Positions 1 through 12,600 of a DNA stretch of 64,000 nt are shown one piece after another. A program made the position numbers and the translations under genes. The notes below the pieces were generated by a model. It ran no database searches, was not told the DNA's origin, and worked only from the letters and a program-made list of their open reading frames with translations. Position 1 is the stretch's first letter. Each line of letters starts with the position of its first letter. The stretch covers positions 2,666,001 through 2,730,000 of the forward strand of contig JAYWIR010000023.1 of the NCBI GenBank assembly GCA_036172245.1. Direction: 5' to 3'. Source of the DNA: Raillietiella orientalis (lineage: Eukaryota).

Positions 1-180
1 CTCAGAAACAAAACTTGAGACTTCTGGTTTTTGAAGCGTGCTCAATCAATATGTCAAGAGGGATTCGAAAAAAGGCGTGTAACAAGGTTTCAATTGAATT
101 ATAACCGTGTTTACTTTACGAAAACAAATTATGAATCGTTCACGAGGGTCAGCGATAGTGCTAGTGTAAAAAAAAAAAAA

Positions 181-217
181 CATGCATATTGCACAGAATA
201 GCTGTGCAATATGCATG
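181..217. repeat. Perfect 16-bp hairpin (CATGCATATTGCACAG-aatag-CTGTGCAATATGCATG) between A-runs
   Basis: Seen directly; A13 before and A6 after. Confidence 0.9.
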
Positions 218-1310
218 AAAAAAGTGCTGGTGTTGATTCTTGGTTGGTAGTCTAGATAATCAAACGAAGGAATAAAAAGATACATCAAGCCGAATTTGTG
301 AATAAGAGATTCCAAAAATGGGATACTATAAATAGATTTGCGAAGTCGCATCCCTTCAAAAGAATTATTCCAGATCGGAAAACTCAAATAATCTTCAGAT
401 CATCCTGCACTATTTGGCACTTTAGCACAACAGTCAATACAGTATCTTGACAATGACCGCATTGTGCAAAGCACTGCGATATCATTATTACTAAGTAATG
501 CCAACTGATCGCCAGTACTATGAAACCAGGATAATTCAAAATATCCTGGTTTCCAACAATACAAAACAGGGATTCTCATGGGAAATGAGGAAAGCGACTC
601 GTGAAAAAGTGGATACCAAAATGATGAAATTCAAATGCCTACTACATGATACCTACAACTGGAGGAACGAACCATGATTACACAGTCTGCAAGTTGATGG
701 ATCAACTAAGCAAAGAATCCTCCTGAAATCGTACCTACTGAAATAGCACAGGTTATGAAGACATGATGTCTCAAATTACAGTAAGCAAGAGGAAAGAGGG
801 TTATAAAACATGTGAAAAAAAAAAAATCTGCCGAAACAAAACATGGATCTATAAAGCAAGAAACCAGGCCTCTTAAACAGTGTTAAAGATTCGGCTTGAT
901 AGAGTGGAATCCAGTTGTCGTACACTTTTCCAAAAAGCTTAAGCACAACTACGCATAGTGAAGTCTCCCGTTGATTAAGCCTCAAGACAAACTGCACAGA
1001 ACATCGTCACACATTGAAATTGGATGCGTACCTTACGCTTGCAAATTAAATTACACTAAACTCTAACAGTAAGTTGTAAGTAGTTTTTTTTCAAAAAGGA
1101 AGAATGCTATAATGGTCGTCGAATAGTTTCGAAAATGTAAAACTGCGTCAACCAGGATCACAAATCATTATTGCGAATTACAATCAAGCTGGGATTGGAA
1201 AGTTTATTGATTGATCATTAAGAGATGTTAACAAAACTGCAATTTTAACTCTCCTCGGAATTCCATGTCTTTGAATAGCAAGCAATTTGCAAAAAGAAAG
1301 AGAAGTGTTC

Positions 1311-3000
1311 ATTTTGGAACCTATACTTACTGAGCTCACAAACAGATTGAAAGCATTCTGAACTGTAGGTTTCATCTACTTTTTGTTTTCCTTTACTTAT
1401 TCAAATATATAAGATCATTTGCAGAAGCTCATTATTAATCCTTTATGTACAAGATAATTATAAGCAATTAATTTTTGGATAAAAAATCAAACTTCAGAAA
1501 TAAGGAAAAAGTAAGAATGTATTAAATAGTAGTATAACTCGAAGCAGAATTCCAATCTGAAACTCTGAATTTGTCAATAATTGGAAAGAACAGTATAGCA
1601 TCCATTCCTTCATACACCTCCTGATATCAGGAATACTATTTTGCATCAATGTAGAATTTCCGAATTAATATCCGATGCATTTTATAATATCACATTTCTT
1701 AACGCTGCAAGAAACAAATAAACTATGATGGCATGGCCAGACTTCGGCGCCAAATACCTGTTTGTTTGTTTTTTTCCTCGCTGACTTCAGGTTTACTGAC
1801 TCTCCCGAGCGGCCCTCCCGAGGGAAAAGACCTAACGGCTTGGAACACTCAGTCCTTCGGTCGGATGCCTTCGCTAGGAAGGCAGGCTGCAGCAGCAGCA
1901 GCAGAAGAAGAGAGACCGCTGCCCTGTCTGCTGGGTTGGCTCCATTCCAGCTCTCTTAGACGTGGTCTGTCTTGGACATCATCCAGAAGAAGATCCGTAT
2001 CTTCCTTCGGAGCCTGAGCTCCTGGCAGATTCTGGAGTAGTGCCGGTTGAGCCACCGCGTCTGCGCCCACGTCATGAGCTCCGCCTGCAGGAGCCGAACA
2101 GCACCAGCGTCAGCATCTCGAAGCCCAGGAAGTCTTTCGCCTTCTTGGCAACCTTGAAGGTGCTGCCCAGGAGGAATTCGAATCCCGCTGATTGGTTGTG
2201 GCAGGCCGGGTCTGCCAGGAGCACGCAGGTTTTAATCAGTTATTTTCCAAGGGATTGGCTCTGATATCAATGAATTAGTGTGTAAATCAGCTGTAGAAAG
2301 AGAAAGGTTTCTATCTTCAAAGTCGCACTTTAGATTAGAACTTGAGAAAATAGAACTTCAGATGCAGGTTAGCATTTTCTCATTCCACTGTTATTTATAA
2401 TCATTTCGAGGTGAAATCATAAATGCAAGTACTTATTCTATTACTGCCTTTCGAATGCAAAAGATACATCAAACTATCAATGGAGTAGAATGAAATATAG
2501 ATGAAGGACGAACGCGAAGTTTTGAGTATTATACTCAAGAAAAGACCAAAATTTGAAACACAAGAAATAATTCACTACGCAGATAAATAATGAATTTTAA
2601 AAGATCGAATTCAGATGCTGATTTGAAGAAAACAGTTATTGTAAAGGAAATAATGGATATTTTCCATTCTTTGAAAAACTGAACAAAAATGCATACGATA
2701 TTGCTCGGTATAATCTCATTCGTATTAATTGTCGCTAGTCAAGATTAGTCTACATGGAACCTCTTTCAAAATTAATTTTTGTATTCAGTAAAATATATCA
2801 GTTAATCTTCCATTTTCCTTTAAAAGCAAAATAGAAAACCAAAAATAAAAAAACAAGATTTTTTCTAATATTAATAATAAGTTCCTGCAAATGATATTAT
2901 ATATCTGGATAAGTAAACGAAAACAAAAAGCATAGGAAAGCTACAGTTCAAAATGTTTTCAATCTGTTCGTGAGCTCAGTAAGTGTAAGTTGCAACATAA
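1311..3000. repeat. Dispersed ~130-bp inverted repeat pair (1311-1438 vs 2871-3000), probably two fragments of one LINE family
   Basis: About 80% identity by eye. Translation LQMILYIW...CFQSVRELSK resembles an RTE RT N-terminal region. Confidence 0.6.
1960..2230 (-). mobile_element. GC-rich coding-like fragment, probably a L1/Tx1 ORF2 C-terminus
   Basis: Strong codon-like periodicity on the - strand: DPACHNQSAGFEFLLG..KVAKKAKDFLGFEMLTLVLF /frameshift/ LQAELMTWAQTRWLNRH...; sharp GC shift against the flanks. Confidence 0.35.
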
Positions 3001-3899
3001 GCGTTTTAAAATCTACCTCACCTTTCAAGATGCATTTCATCATAAAATGAAGATTCATTCTTATTACTTTTTCCAAATTACTTTTAAAAAAGAATCTTAT
3101 ACCTTAACACATGACCGAGAAAAAAGCAGTTTTGATGAGAATGAGCATCAAATTAATTAGATAAAATTGCTTTAAGATGACATATTTTATAGTGAATTCT
3201 AGTATTTGAAACGCGGAGGAATTTTTGAAAGACATAGTAAAATCTGACAGCATATCATTTTTGTAATTACAATTATTATATGTGTGACTAAATGCATGTA
3301 TTGAACTTCTTGTTTTGATCAAATGTATTAATATATATGTAATTACTAAGTAGGTAAAAATAATTATGATTCCGATTGTAAAGTATCGAGATTTCATTAT
3401 GCTTCGTAAGAATGGTGTTAGATATCTTCTTAAGTGAATAAAGCATCACGATCTGAAGCTCATCATATATAAGATTACTTAATATAGAGAAAAATTAGTC
3501 TTCCTGTTCTTATTTATCCAAAGTCATGATTAATGCTTAATTCATTTCATTTTTTCTTATCTCTCTTGATTAAGTTATTCGTAAAGTTTGCACGCATTCT
3601 AATGTCCAAAGTATAAAGAATTTACAGTTTTATGAAATATTAGAAAATTAAAAAATAAATACTAAAGTAGGATAACTTTTGACGGAATAATGACTTGCTC
3701 ATCTATATAGCTTTGTATTGCTGAATGCATAAACGTACGAATAAAGCAAATGGATTCTTCAATCAGCAGAATTGTGATAAAATCACTGTCAACTGGATTA
3801 ACTGATTTTGTCCGTAGAAAGGTGTTTCATTCTAATGCACTACATATTATTTTTTAATCTACAAATGCACACAAAAAATTGTGGGAAATTATAGGAAAT

Positions 3900-4230
3900 T
3901 AGTTTATAAAGTTTCACAAATTGATTTTCTTCTGAAAATAAGAAAAGTACTTGTTCATTTGGAAATGTTTTGAAATTACTCGAGAATCACCCTGGATTGT
4001 CTGTTGGCTGGCGCTGCTGGTGTTGATTCTTGGTTGGTAGTCTAGATAATCATACGAAGGAATTAAAGGATCGAGCAGTAATTTTGTTATTCATATCCAT
4101 TTTTGTGCAGGTTTTCCTCGTTCGTCCAGTGCATGCATTAAGAGCTCTTTTGAAAGGGCGTTTATAAGCTTGTAGTTACTCTTTCAGGTCTTGGATTTCG
4201 AGATATACTTGTCACAAGAGTTTTCTTATA
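3900..4230 (-). mobile_element. Decayed RTE-like RT remnant; a second copy fragment lies at 225-390 (-)
   Basis: KELLMHALDERGKPAQKWI*ITKLL...QPRINTSSASQQTIQG resembles RT domains 3-4. 4015-4070 matches 225-280 at 53/56 nt. Confidence 0.45.
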
Positions 4231-4337
4231 ATTAGTTAGCTTTCAAATTTCAGTGCCCCCTTGATCGCGGCTTAGTACTAGTCAATTGCAAATTAATAAT
4301 TCGTTTTTCAAAATCGCTGAGTCTGTTTAGTAAAGCA

Positions 4338-6509
4338 ATGTCTTTACTATCGTATTTTATGAAGTGCGTGACTGGACCGCGGTTGTTTCAAATTTTTAAT
4401 TCTAGTGAGGTAAGCCGATTTAAAAGTGTTTCCATGTATCCATTTGTTTTATTCCAGTCAAGAGTTTATAAGCCTAACTCTCTCGAAATCTGGTGTGATA
4501 AAATTTTGAACACGGTAAGTCATTTTTGAATCAAATGTTTCTTTTTTATTTTTATGAGACTACTGTATTTTAGAGCAAAATGGTGTTTATTTGTGGTATG
4601 TATATGTCTCCCATATTAATTGGATACATGTACAAAGTCAATGCACTCAAACTGGAAACTCTACAAAGCATTTTAATTTATAGTACAAGTTTTGGTGGAA
4701 TTTTTTTATTAACATTTGTTACCAGAGGATTTGCAAGATTTACTCAGAAAGACTATGTCGATTTTATACACTCATTCACTGAAGCAATCAGATCAAAAGA
4801 TTCGTTTTACAAGGTGTACTATAGGTTCCAATTTTTGATGCACTCAAAGCATTCATTGAATTCATTGCAATTTTCATTTGCAGCGAAAGTTACTTTCTTC
4901 TTATGATTTTGAATTCCATGCTTGGCCCATAGATTTTACCTTTGCCAACATCCCTATGTAAGTGTACCTATAACAAATTGTTGAAATGAGTAATTGGTTT
5001 TCTTTGTAGAAAGGCAGAAAGTTTTCAAGGAAAAATTGCCGTAAACAAAAGTTTCTTGTTTGTTTATAAAATATTTAGCTATTTACTAGTCAATTTATTT
5101 GGTCGAAAAATGCTGTATCCTGGATCATTGGAATTTTTCTACAAATACATATTTGGTATTTGCCCTTTTTCTTTTAGTTATGTAAATGTAGAGTGTTCTG
5201 TTTGTTTGTCCTCCAGTTATTCAATTTTTCTTTTTTTGTCAATATTCTGATTGTATGTCTAATGTAAAGCATCCTTTGCAGAGTTTGCCTTGCTGGGTGG
5301 TAGAGCAAAGCTTATTGTGCATCACAATGGACAAAGATTTAAATTGTGTACAGCAGATGGCAATCATATTGATGTTATGTTTGTTGATAAGAGACTTTCT
5401 GTCGGGTGAGTTAATCAGATTCCTAGTTTTGATGATTTGATAGCTTAATAGACAGCTTTATAAATGCATTCCTTAGCATTTTAAAGAGCATATACCTATT
5501 TATGCAGAGCAATAATGGTGACATTATTCTTCATCTGATCATTGTTTAATGTTTTAGAAATGAACATGGCAAAATGCTTGCAATCTGTTGTGAGGGGAAT
5601 GCAGGATATTATGAAATTGGTATCCTAGAAACACCTCTCAAATGTGGGTATTCTGTCTTGGGATGGAACACACCAGGTTTTGCTGGTAGCTCTGGCTATC
5701 CTGATCCTTCAGCTGTGGCAAATGCTATTGATTCTGTAATGCAATTTGCTATCCATCATTTGGATTTCAAAGTAGAAGACATCCTTTTATTTGGATGGAG
5801 CATTGGGGGTTTTCCTGTGAGTTGGGCTGCTAAAATGTATCCTGATATCCATGGAGTAATACTTGATGCTACTTTTGATGAATTGCCTCCACTTGCAACA
5901 AATTGTTTCCCTCAATATCTTGGACCCCTTGTGACTGCAGCTGTGCAATTATACTTGAATTTAGATGTGGTCTCCAATTTAAAGTGTTACAGTGGACCTT
6001 TATTGCTATTCTGTAGACTCAAAGATGAAGTAGTAACCACTGATCCTGGAGATTTTTTATCTAATCGTGGACTTCATTTAATGTTTGCAATTCTTGAACA
6101 TCGATATCCTGCGTTGTTTACAAGAGAAATTCAGAAATCTGTTCTCAGTCACTTGTCTGAAGAAAAACCAGCAAGTAAGCATACTTCAGAAGTCTGTTTA
6201 TGTTTTCTTTAGATTGGTTTCATGGAATATACGAGGAAAAGATGGTTCAACTTTTGCAAAATACTTGTGAAGTTCAGAATTCCTATCCATCTGAAATAGG
6301 AAGAGACTTGAAAGAAGATGACAAACGAGAATTAGCATTATTTTTAGTACGTTATATGGAAAGATGCTTTTGCTTAATTGTGTTTTTAGGTGTCTAAATA
6401 CTTGCATGTTCTGGATACATCTCACTGCACACCTCTTCCCAAGGACAAGTTTTGCTCACCATGGTGCACAAGATCTTTTGATGGAAAGTTTGATAAACGA
6501 GTTGAATAG
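4338..6509 (+). CDS. ABHD16A: Phosphatidylserine lipase ABHD16A (BAT5)-like alpha/beta hydrolase, 9 exons, 527 aa
   Basis: Exons 4338-4409, 4458-4514, 4574-4813, 4884-4957, 5010-5155, 5282-5405, 5558-6174, 6213-6346 and 6390-6509 join through GT-AG introns with matching phases (1584 nt, no internal stop). Family motifs: YDFEFHAWPIDF, FGRKMLYPGS, DGNHIDVMFVD, ICCEGNAGYYE, GYSVLGWNTPGFAGSSG, nucleophile elbow GWSIGG, LDATFD, KDEVV (catalytic Asp), SHCTPLP (catalytic His). Confidence 0.93.
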
Positions 6510-6510
6510 A

Positions 6511-6516
6511 AATAAA
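6511..6516 (+). promoter_or_regulatory. Candidate polyadenylation signal of the ABHD16A-like gene
   Basis: AATAAA immediately after the TAG stop (6507-6509). Use not demonstrated. Confidence 0.4.
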
Positions 6517-7829
6517 ATTCACATAATTTGTTCAAACTTGGCGAACTTTGCCGTTTGCCAATAGAGGGCAACAACAAGTGAACAATCCAGATACAAAAGT
6601 AATTTGATGAATCAGTGTTAGTGAAGGAGAACAAAAAACATTTCGTATTTTTCCATTTTAAAACAGTTGATTTATGTGAGTGGACAAAACAAGTTTCGTG
6701 TTTTCCCAAATACAAATAATATATTTTATTTTTAGGGAAGAAAAGCATGTTTTTTTCACATTTTTTAACAAAGTTTTAAACTTGCATCGGAAGCAACAAT
6801 TGATGTTCTTTCCAGATAGGACCTCAATAACAAGCAGAAAAAAAAACAAAATTATAAAATAGTTTGTGAGGCAGAATGCAAGATGAAATACAAAATTCTA
6901 AGAAAATGTTTCAATGCAGATTCAATCATTCATTGCTATCTATCACGAGTGCTTTTTACACACAGTGGCTCCCTTTAGAGAAATTTTTTCAATGAATGTG
7001 TATTTCTCACAGAAGATAGATTCAAGCAGTAGAACTATGCAGATTGTTTCTTGGTAGCATGTTTATCCTAAAAATGCAAAATAACTGAAATTATGTTTGC
7101 GAACTAAAAATTTTTCGGAAGTAGTAAAGTCAAATAAGGCTTATGTAGTTTTTTAAGCTGATGAACAGATTTGTTCTTCAGAAACTTTATAATTCCAAGT
7201 CCTGCTTTGTGAGAAATACATAAGATAATGAAGCAAAAAGCAATCAATCTAAAGAATGTTGAAAGTTTTTTCTTCTAAAACCTGAATCAACAGACAGTTT
7301 ACTCCAGAGTGCTTCCCAGTGTAATCTTAAAATTATGTAACATGGAAGGGTCAGAGTTTTCCGAAGATTATTTATTACATCAACACGTTTAAAAGTTACA
7401 TATTGCACAATCGGAAAAGAAAGGAATAAATTTTTTCAGGTTCCTTACATTAGTATTTTTTGTCTTTAAGGAAAATCCATGATGGTTATTTTGCTTTGAG
7501 CTGTATTTTGAAATTATTTCAACTGGAGTTCCAGCTTGATTTTTGTTTTTTTTTGTTAGAAACACAACCTTTTCACATGTTTTTGATTCTTGGAAACATA
7601 TACTTGACATTGTTCTTTTGCCTTTCAAAATTTGACATATCACAAGGTGTTTGTTTGAACTTCTTAGGAATGCCTAAATTTATTTAACCATTCAGGAATA
7701 CTCATTGAGGTATTTATATTGAAAGCAAGAATGATTTGTCTGAGTGTTCCAGAATTTATTGCAAGTGCCACACATCAGGTGACCTTTGATACTCTCTTCC
7801 ATTGGTCTTCAACAGTTTGACGCCTGTCA

Positions 7830-8170
7830 TAATTGTGATCATTGGTCATTTTGGTTATGGTCGCAAGGAGTCTTCAAATATTCGTTTTCAACAAACTGAT
7901 GGAGAAATAATCCAACAAATTTGTTAGTTATGCTAGATGGAGGTTACATCTTAGTTCTATCCAACAGCTGTATCTGTGGATGTTAGAAACATCTCTGTAT
8001 AGATACATGGTTGAGAAATTGTAAATTCACTAAGTCATCTCATCCTCCATGGATTTGTGCTCATTATGAGTGCTGTGAGCAGGATCTCACTGTGCTTCAC
8101 TTATGATGAACTTCGAGAAACGCGTTACTTAGCTGATAAGTTGAAGGTCATCCAAGGTGCTGCTTAATTT
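7830..8170 (+). mobile_element. Decayed I/Nimb-group LINE C-terminal remnant
   Basis: IGHFGYG (RNase H GHxGIxGNE-like) followed by WLRNCKFT...PPWICAHYECCEQDLTVLHL. Confidence 0.35.
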
Positions 8171-11100
8171 AGGCTTCATTTATTCTGCTTCCATAGAAAG
8201 GCAAAATGATGAAACGTAGGCAGTAGTATCACCTGCAAGTGAGGTCAGTTACCCATGTGGAAATATTGCCCTTACGCTGCAGATTGCATTGGCATGCTTT
8301 TTGAATCAGTAATGCTGTAGTCCATATACTGAAACTGTTGCTTTCCGAGACCTGTCTCTGTGATGGAAAAGGCTGAGGTCACTTATCCATTAGACCTTAG
8401 TTATGCACTGAATCCAAGTGCAAAGCTGTATTATTTATTGCCAGTTTTGTTTTCTCAGCCTCTTGCGATCACTCTATAACGATCGTGTCATGCATAAATA
8501 AAAACCCTGCACTTTTCCCTCATTTGACGAATGATGAGTCTGAACAAAGAACATGTGACTGCCTGCTCCTAGGTGTCCGCCGGCCTACATGGCTACCGAT
8601 CAGGTTGAAGCGCCGTAGTGCTATCGCAGTCATAAGTAGTTGCATGACTCGATTACGGAAAAGGCAGGCAGCTGCATTTGGGATATTCCCTACTCCCACT
8701 TTGTTTACTTAATTACAGGGTTCCATGAAAATGAACTCGTGAAGTAGAAAGACAACTAAAGCTTTCCATCCGATTAGCGTCTCATCCTACAAAAGTTGCA
8801 AGGTTATGTTTAACGACAGCGACTCTCTAGAGGGAACTGTGACCTGCAGCAATGAACCGTGGATGAGTTTAGTGAAGACAGATTACAAACGCGATGGGTC
8901 TTACAGCATTTCAGCATAGATGATTAGCCGTGAACTGTTTTTTACACCCATTTTCATGATCCAGGGAAGAGAAGAAAAGGTGGCACTAGCGTTAACTGTT
9001 CCACAGAAATTTCCATATCTTTCCAGACTTGCAGCTAGAGTAATCTGAGGCCCTTGACCTACAGCACGTGTACAAACAGACCAGAATTCCAAGATTTGCT
9101 TTTTTTTTTTTTTCCTTAGAGGAGAGTTTTCAGCCAGCAATAATAGCGTCCCCGTTTCTGTCCTCGACTGGGATATTACCTTTGCCCCAAGATGAACGGT
9201 GAGTTTGGCAGGTCCCAGACAGAAGTATTATCATATTCTTTTCTCCTGAAAAACAATTTAATTCCATATCTGGATCACATTCTGGCATTTAAGAAAAATT
9301 AGTTTAAAGAGATCGGAGCTGCTTATTGTAAAAAGCCAAAGTCACAAAATTCATAGAACGTTCAGTTTGACTTTGACTTTCATCTTATAGAGGAATCAAA
9401 CTTCCTCTTTGTATGAATCGTTTGAAAACGTGTACATACCATATCTTATAGAAGCGTGCATAATGTGTTTTGCGATCTACTTTTTGGAGAGAAGTCCTTA
9501 TTACTATGAATAAAGATCAGTGCTTTGATATTTGCATGATCTTCCCACTCAATTAGTTCCTCCCAGAATCCGTGCTTATTTGCTGTCACCTTAGGTCAGA
9601 CACAACAGTGAGAGCCCTGTTGTACTTATTGCATTTCAAGGTCTTCCCTTAGAAGATGGTGACATCCGAGGGTTTCAATCTCTATCCCAGCAATCACACA
9701 TTGAGTCACACGAGGTCACTTCAAGTGTGGGTTATTTTTTTTCTAGTGTCCGGATACCTGCTCGTCCATTTCTCGCGACAAACGGTATTCGTCTACAGTA
9801 GTAGTCTGCATGGATAATCATACGAATAGAGTTTTCTACTCAACAAAGTTCTAGGAAACCTCCTAACATTCAAAGTGCAATACATAATTTGTTTATTTCA
9901 AAGGAAGTGCTGTGTTGTCCATGATGACATGAAAATTAGCTTAAAGAGATTGGTTGTATGAAGGAATCTTGACTCTGAAGCTATATCGATTTGCGAATCT
10001 CCCCTTAGCTATAGATATCTAGCTATTAAGGAAGAAGATCTTTTTTTATCATTGATGATATTAGGATGTTCATTGCCTTTGAGAAGTTTTGCAAATATGG
10101 GTACAAAACAGTGAGACTATCATCCTTGCTGATGTGCCAGCGTTTTCTCCTTCCAAGAGTTAGGAAGTTAGGAGTCAGTAGCCGTAGGATCGAAACAAAC
10201 ACTGTAGTTTGCACTGCAGTGTATTCCGTTAATGTTGTTACTTTGATTTGTATCACTGTAAAAGTGTCAGACATCACAGGGCAGCAAAATAAACCATATG
10301 ACCAGGTGCATATGTAAACTGTTTCAAATGCATCAGTTCTTCCTAAAGAGTTTCAATCTTCGGTTATTTGAAACAGGTAAGCAGAGTTTGCATATTTATA
10401 GCAACCGGCTCCTATACTTACATTTTCTCGAACTCATAGGATTTCACGGTAAAAATTATCGAGAAAATAAAAATGCACGAAAAATTCCTAGGAAAGCATC
10501 ATATTCAACATTATAAAAACATGTCTGTCAACAAATTATATCAAGGAATGATCACTTTTAAACTCTTCAGCAGCATTATCAACTGCACTTTTAATTTATT
10601 TCTGCAAATTAAAAAACCTATCGATTTACGTAAGTCTACTAAATTCATTTAGAAAATTTCTGAATTTAGATTTTTCTGTGTTTCTATATTGTGCTTAGGA
10701 ATGATGATAACCGACTTGTCATTACCATGAGATAAAAGACTGCCAGAAATTTATTCATCTTTTTTTTTCTCTAGGAGACTAGAGTTAGAAACACAAGACG
10801 TTCTAGAAATGCTTGCACATCAAAAACGGATCAATTTCTCAAACCTTCATGAGAGCGCCGATGCTCTAATGATAGTTCCCTTCTTTCGATTGCTCCTCAC
10901 TCTTCGCTTATCTCTTTGAGTTGTCGCACAGTTATAAAATTTAAATATTTTTTTACGTCGCCGTGTGTTTAAACAGAAATCATTTGTCTTTCCAGTATGA
11001 CAGAGAAAATCGAAAAATTTTCTTTATGTTTTTGTCCGAGACCCCAAAGTCGTAATACGTCTACGTGAGCATTATCATGTAAAGGCCTCGAATCTTTTGC

Positions 11101-11799
11101 TTTCTGCTGAATCAAAAATAGGCAAACTCTTTAAGATTGTGGTTTGCATTTATCACCCTGCATCTTGCGAATTTGTCGCCTTGGTTTAGTGCATTAGGCT
11201 ACCTTTTTCTAATGGCTCACATATCCATGGCCTCACCTGAAAATTTTGAATCTGGTAGTGCGAACACAGTTCAGATTCGAATTCATGCTCTTCACGGTCC
11301 TGTGCAAAGATGATTGAAAACAGAATTCAAATTATAAATCTAGAGAAAAAACAAACTGCATAACATGTTCTATCGGTGTGGAAAACTTATCATGATAGAG
11401 AAAGTTGACAATGAACTTTCGATCCTCAGGAAATCTACTCTTCCTCTTGTTCCTCATCACCTTCTAGTTTCAGCATGTGTACCATGCATGATTATTATGA
11501 AAAAAAAAAAAAAATAAGTAACTTTGCAAACGGATCGTCAGGTGAGGTTTGTGATGACGTTCTTTTGTACACGAGGAATTCCTTTAGCGTTTTCAATAAT
11601 TCCACTTGAAATTTTTCGGCCAATTTTTTTTTCCTACTCGGAGCTCCTTGCCTTGGTTTTGTTCATTTACTTGCACCTCGATTGAAGTTCATCACATTGG
11701 ATTTCTGCATGGAAACTAGATAAAATCTGAGATTAGATGACATTCAAACCTAGCTATATAGACATCAATTGAAACAGTATATGCTGTTGTATGGAAGAC

Positions 11800-12600
11800 T
11801 GACTGAAGAAGAAATTAGAGAGCGCCCTGCAGTTTGTACATGTGAATGAATTTGGGGGAACCTGGCTTGTTTTCTAAAAGAAACAATTTACTTTACAAGC
11901 TTCGAGCTTCACGGAAACACAGTGTAATCATAGCGAAAAGGGCTTATGAACCCTGTTAATGAGAAATTAATGAATGAATGATTCTAAAAGTTAAGAGCCT
12001 ATTGTTAGAGGAAGGTTGCTGAAAAGTATCTCAAGAAAAATGCATTAAAGTTGTGTTGGTCAGGCTGTTCTGCTCCATCCCTTATACTTTATTTGGTAAA
12101 CAAAGCATGAAATAATGGCTGCTTTACGAGCATGAGATCGAAAATACAAGTTTTTTGTAATCTAAAGGGAATCCGTAAACTTCTTGTGAAAGAGGTCATG
12201 TTGAGTGGCAAAGGAATTAATTGTGCCGTTTCCAATTCTGACTCAAACCTAGTTCTAGACATGTGAGCAGATCTATACAATTTTTTGAATTTATACTTCC
12301 CACTAGGAAAAACTCTGCATTCATTCAGAATTATCTGTTCTTTTGATATAAGTTTAAATAAGAGCATTCAGCTCTTTTATACTTCCGGGAAGTGCTTGAC
12401 ATTCAACAAGTGCATCCTGATCTAAAGACTCTTAAGCAACTTAATGCTCCAAAAATGTACGAAAGCATCACAATGGTAACTGTGAAAGTTGGGCCCAAAA
12501 TGGACTTATACCTCGACACTGAAGTGCAGCATACTTGGAGCCCCTATGTGGAAGAAACCTGGGGCAAACGGGGATACAAACGTATGATGAACAACGTATT
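11800..12600 (+). mobile_element. Ty3/gypsy gag-protease remnant
   Basis: IRKLLVKEVMLS (gag-like), then ITMVTVKVGPKMDLYLDTEVQHT...ETWGKRG (retropepsin VxVxG..LDTGA..WxKLG pattern with a degenerate DTG). Confidence 0.45.

Noticed and set aside
168..223. Hairpin plus T-run on the - strand resembling a Rho-independent terminator
   Set aside because: Eukaryotic context, AT-rich stem, and no bacterial gene upstream.
390..4230. Frames interrupted only by TGA (e.g. 391-710 +, 2400-2590 +, 3900-4230 -), suggesting genetic code 4 DNA (Mollicute or organellar insert) or selenocysteine
   Set aside because: Two of the three frames carry RTE or L1-like ORF2 motifs and recur as dispersed repeats, so decay of TGG/CGA codons explains them; the third is within chance expectation. 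No bacterial gene or SECIS recognised.
7158..7205. CTGATGA...GAAAC...GTC hammerhead-like spacing (similar cases at ~62712 + and ~63745-63772 -)
   Set aside because: Stem II closing pair and stem I do not pair.
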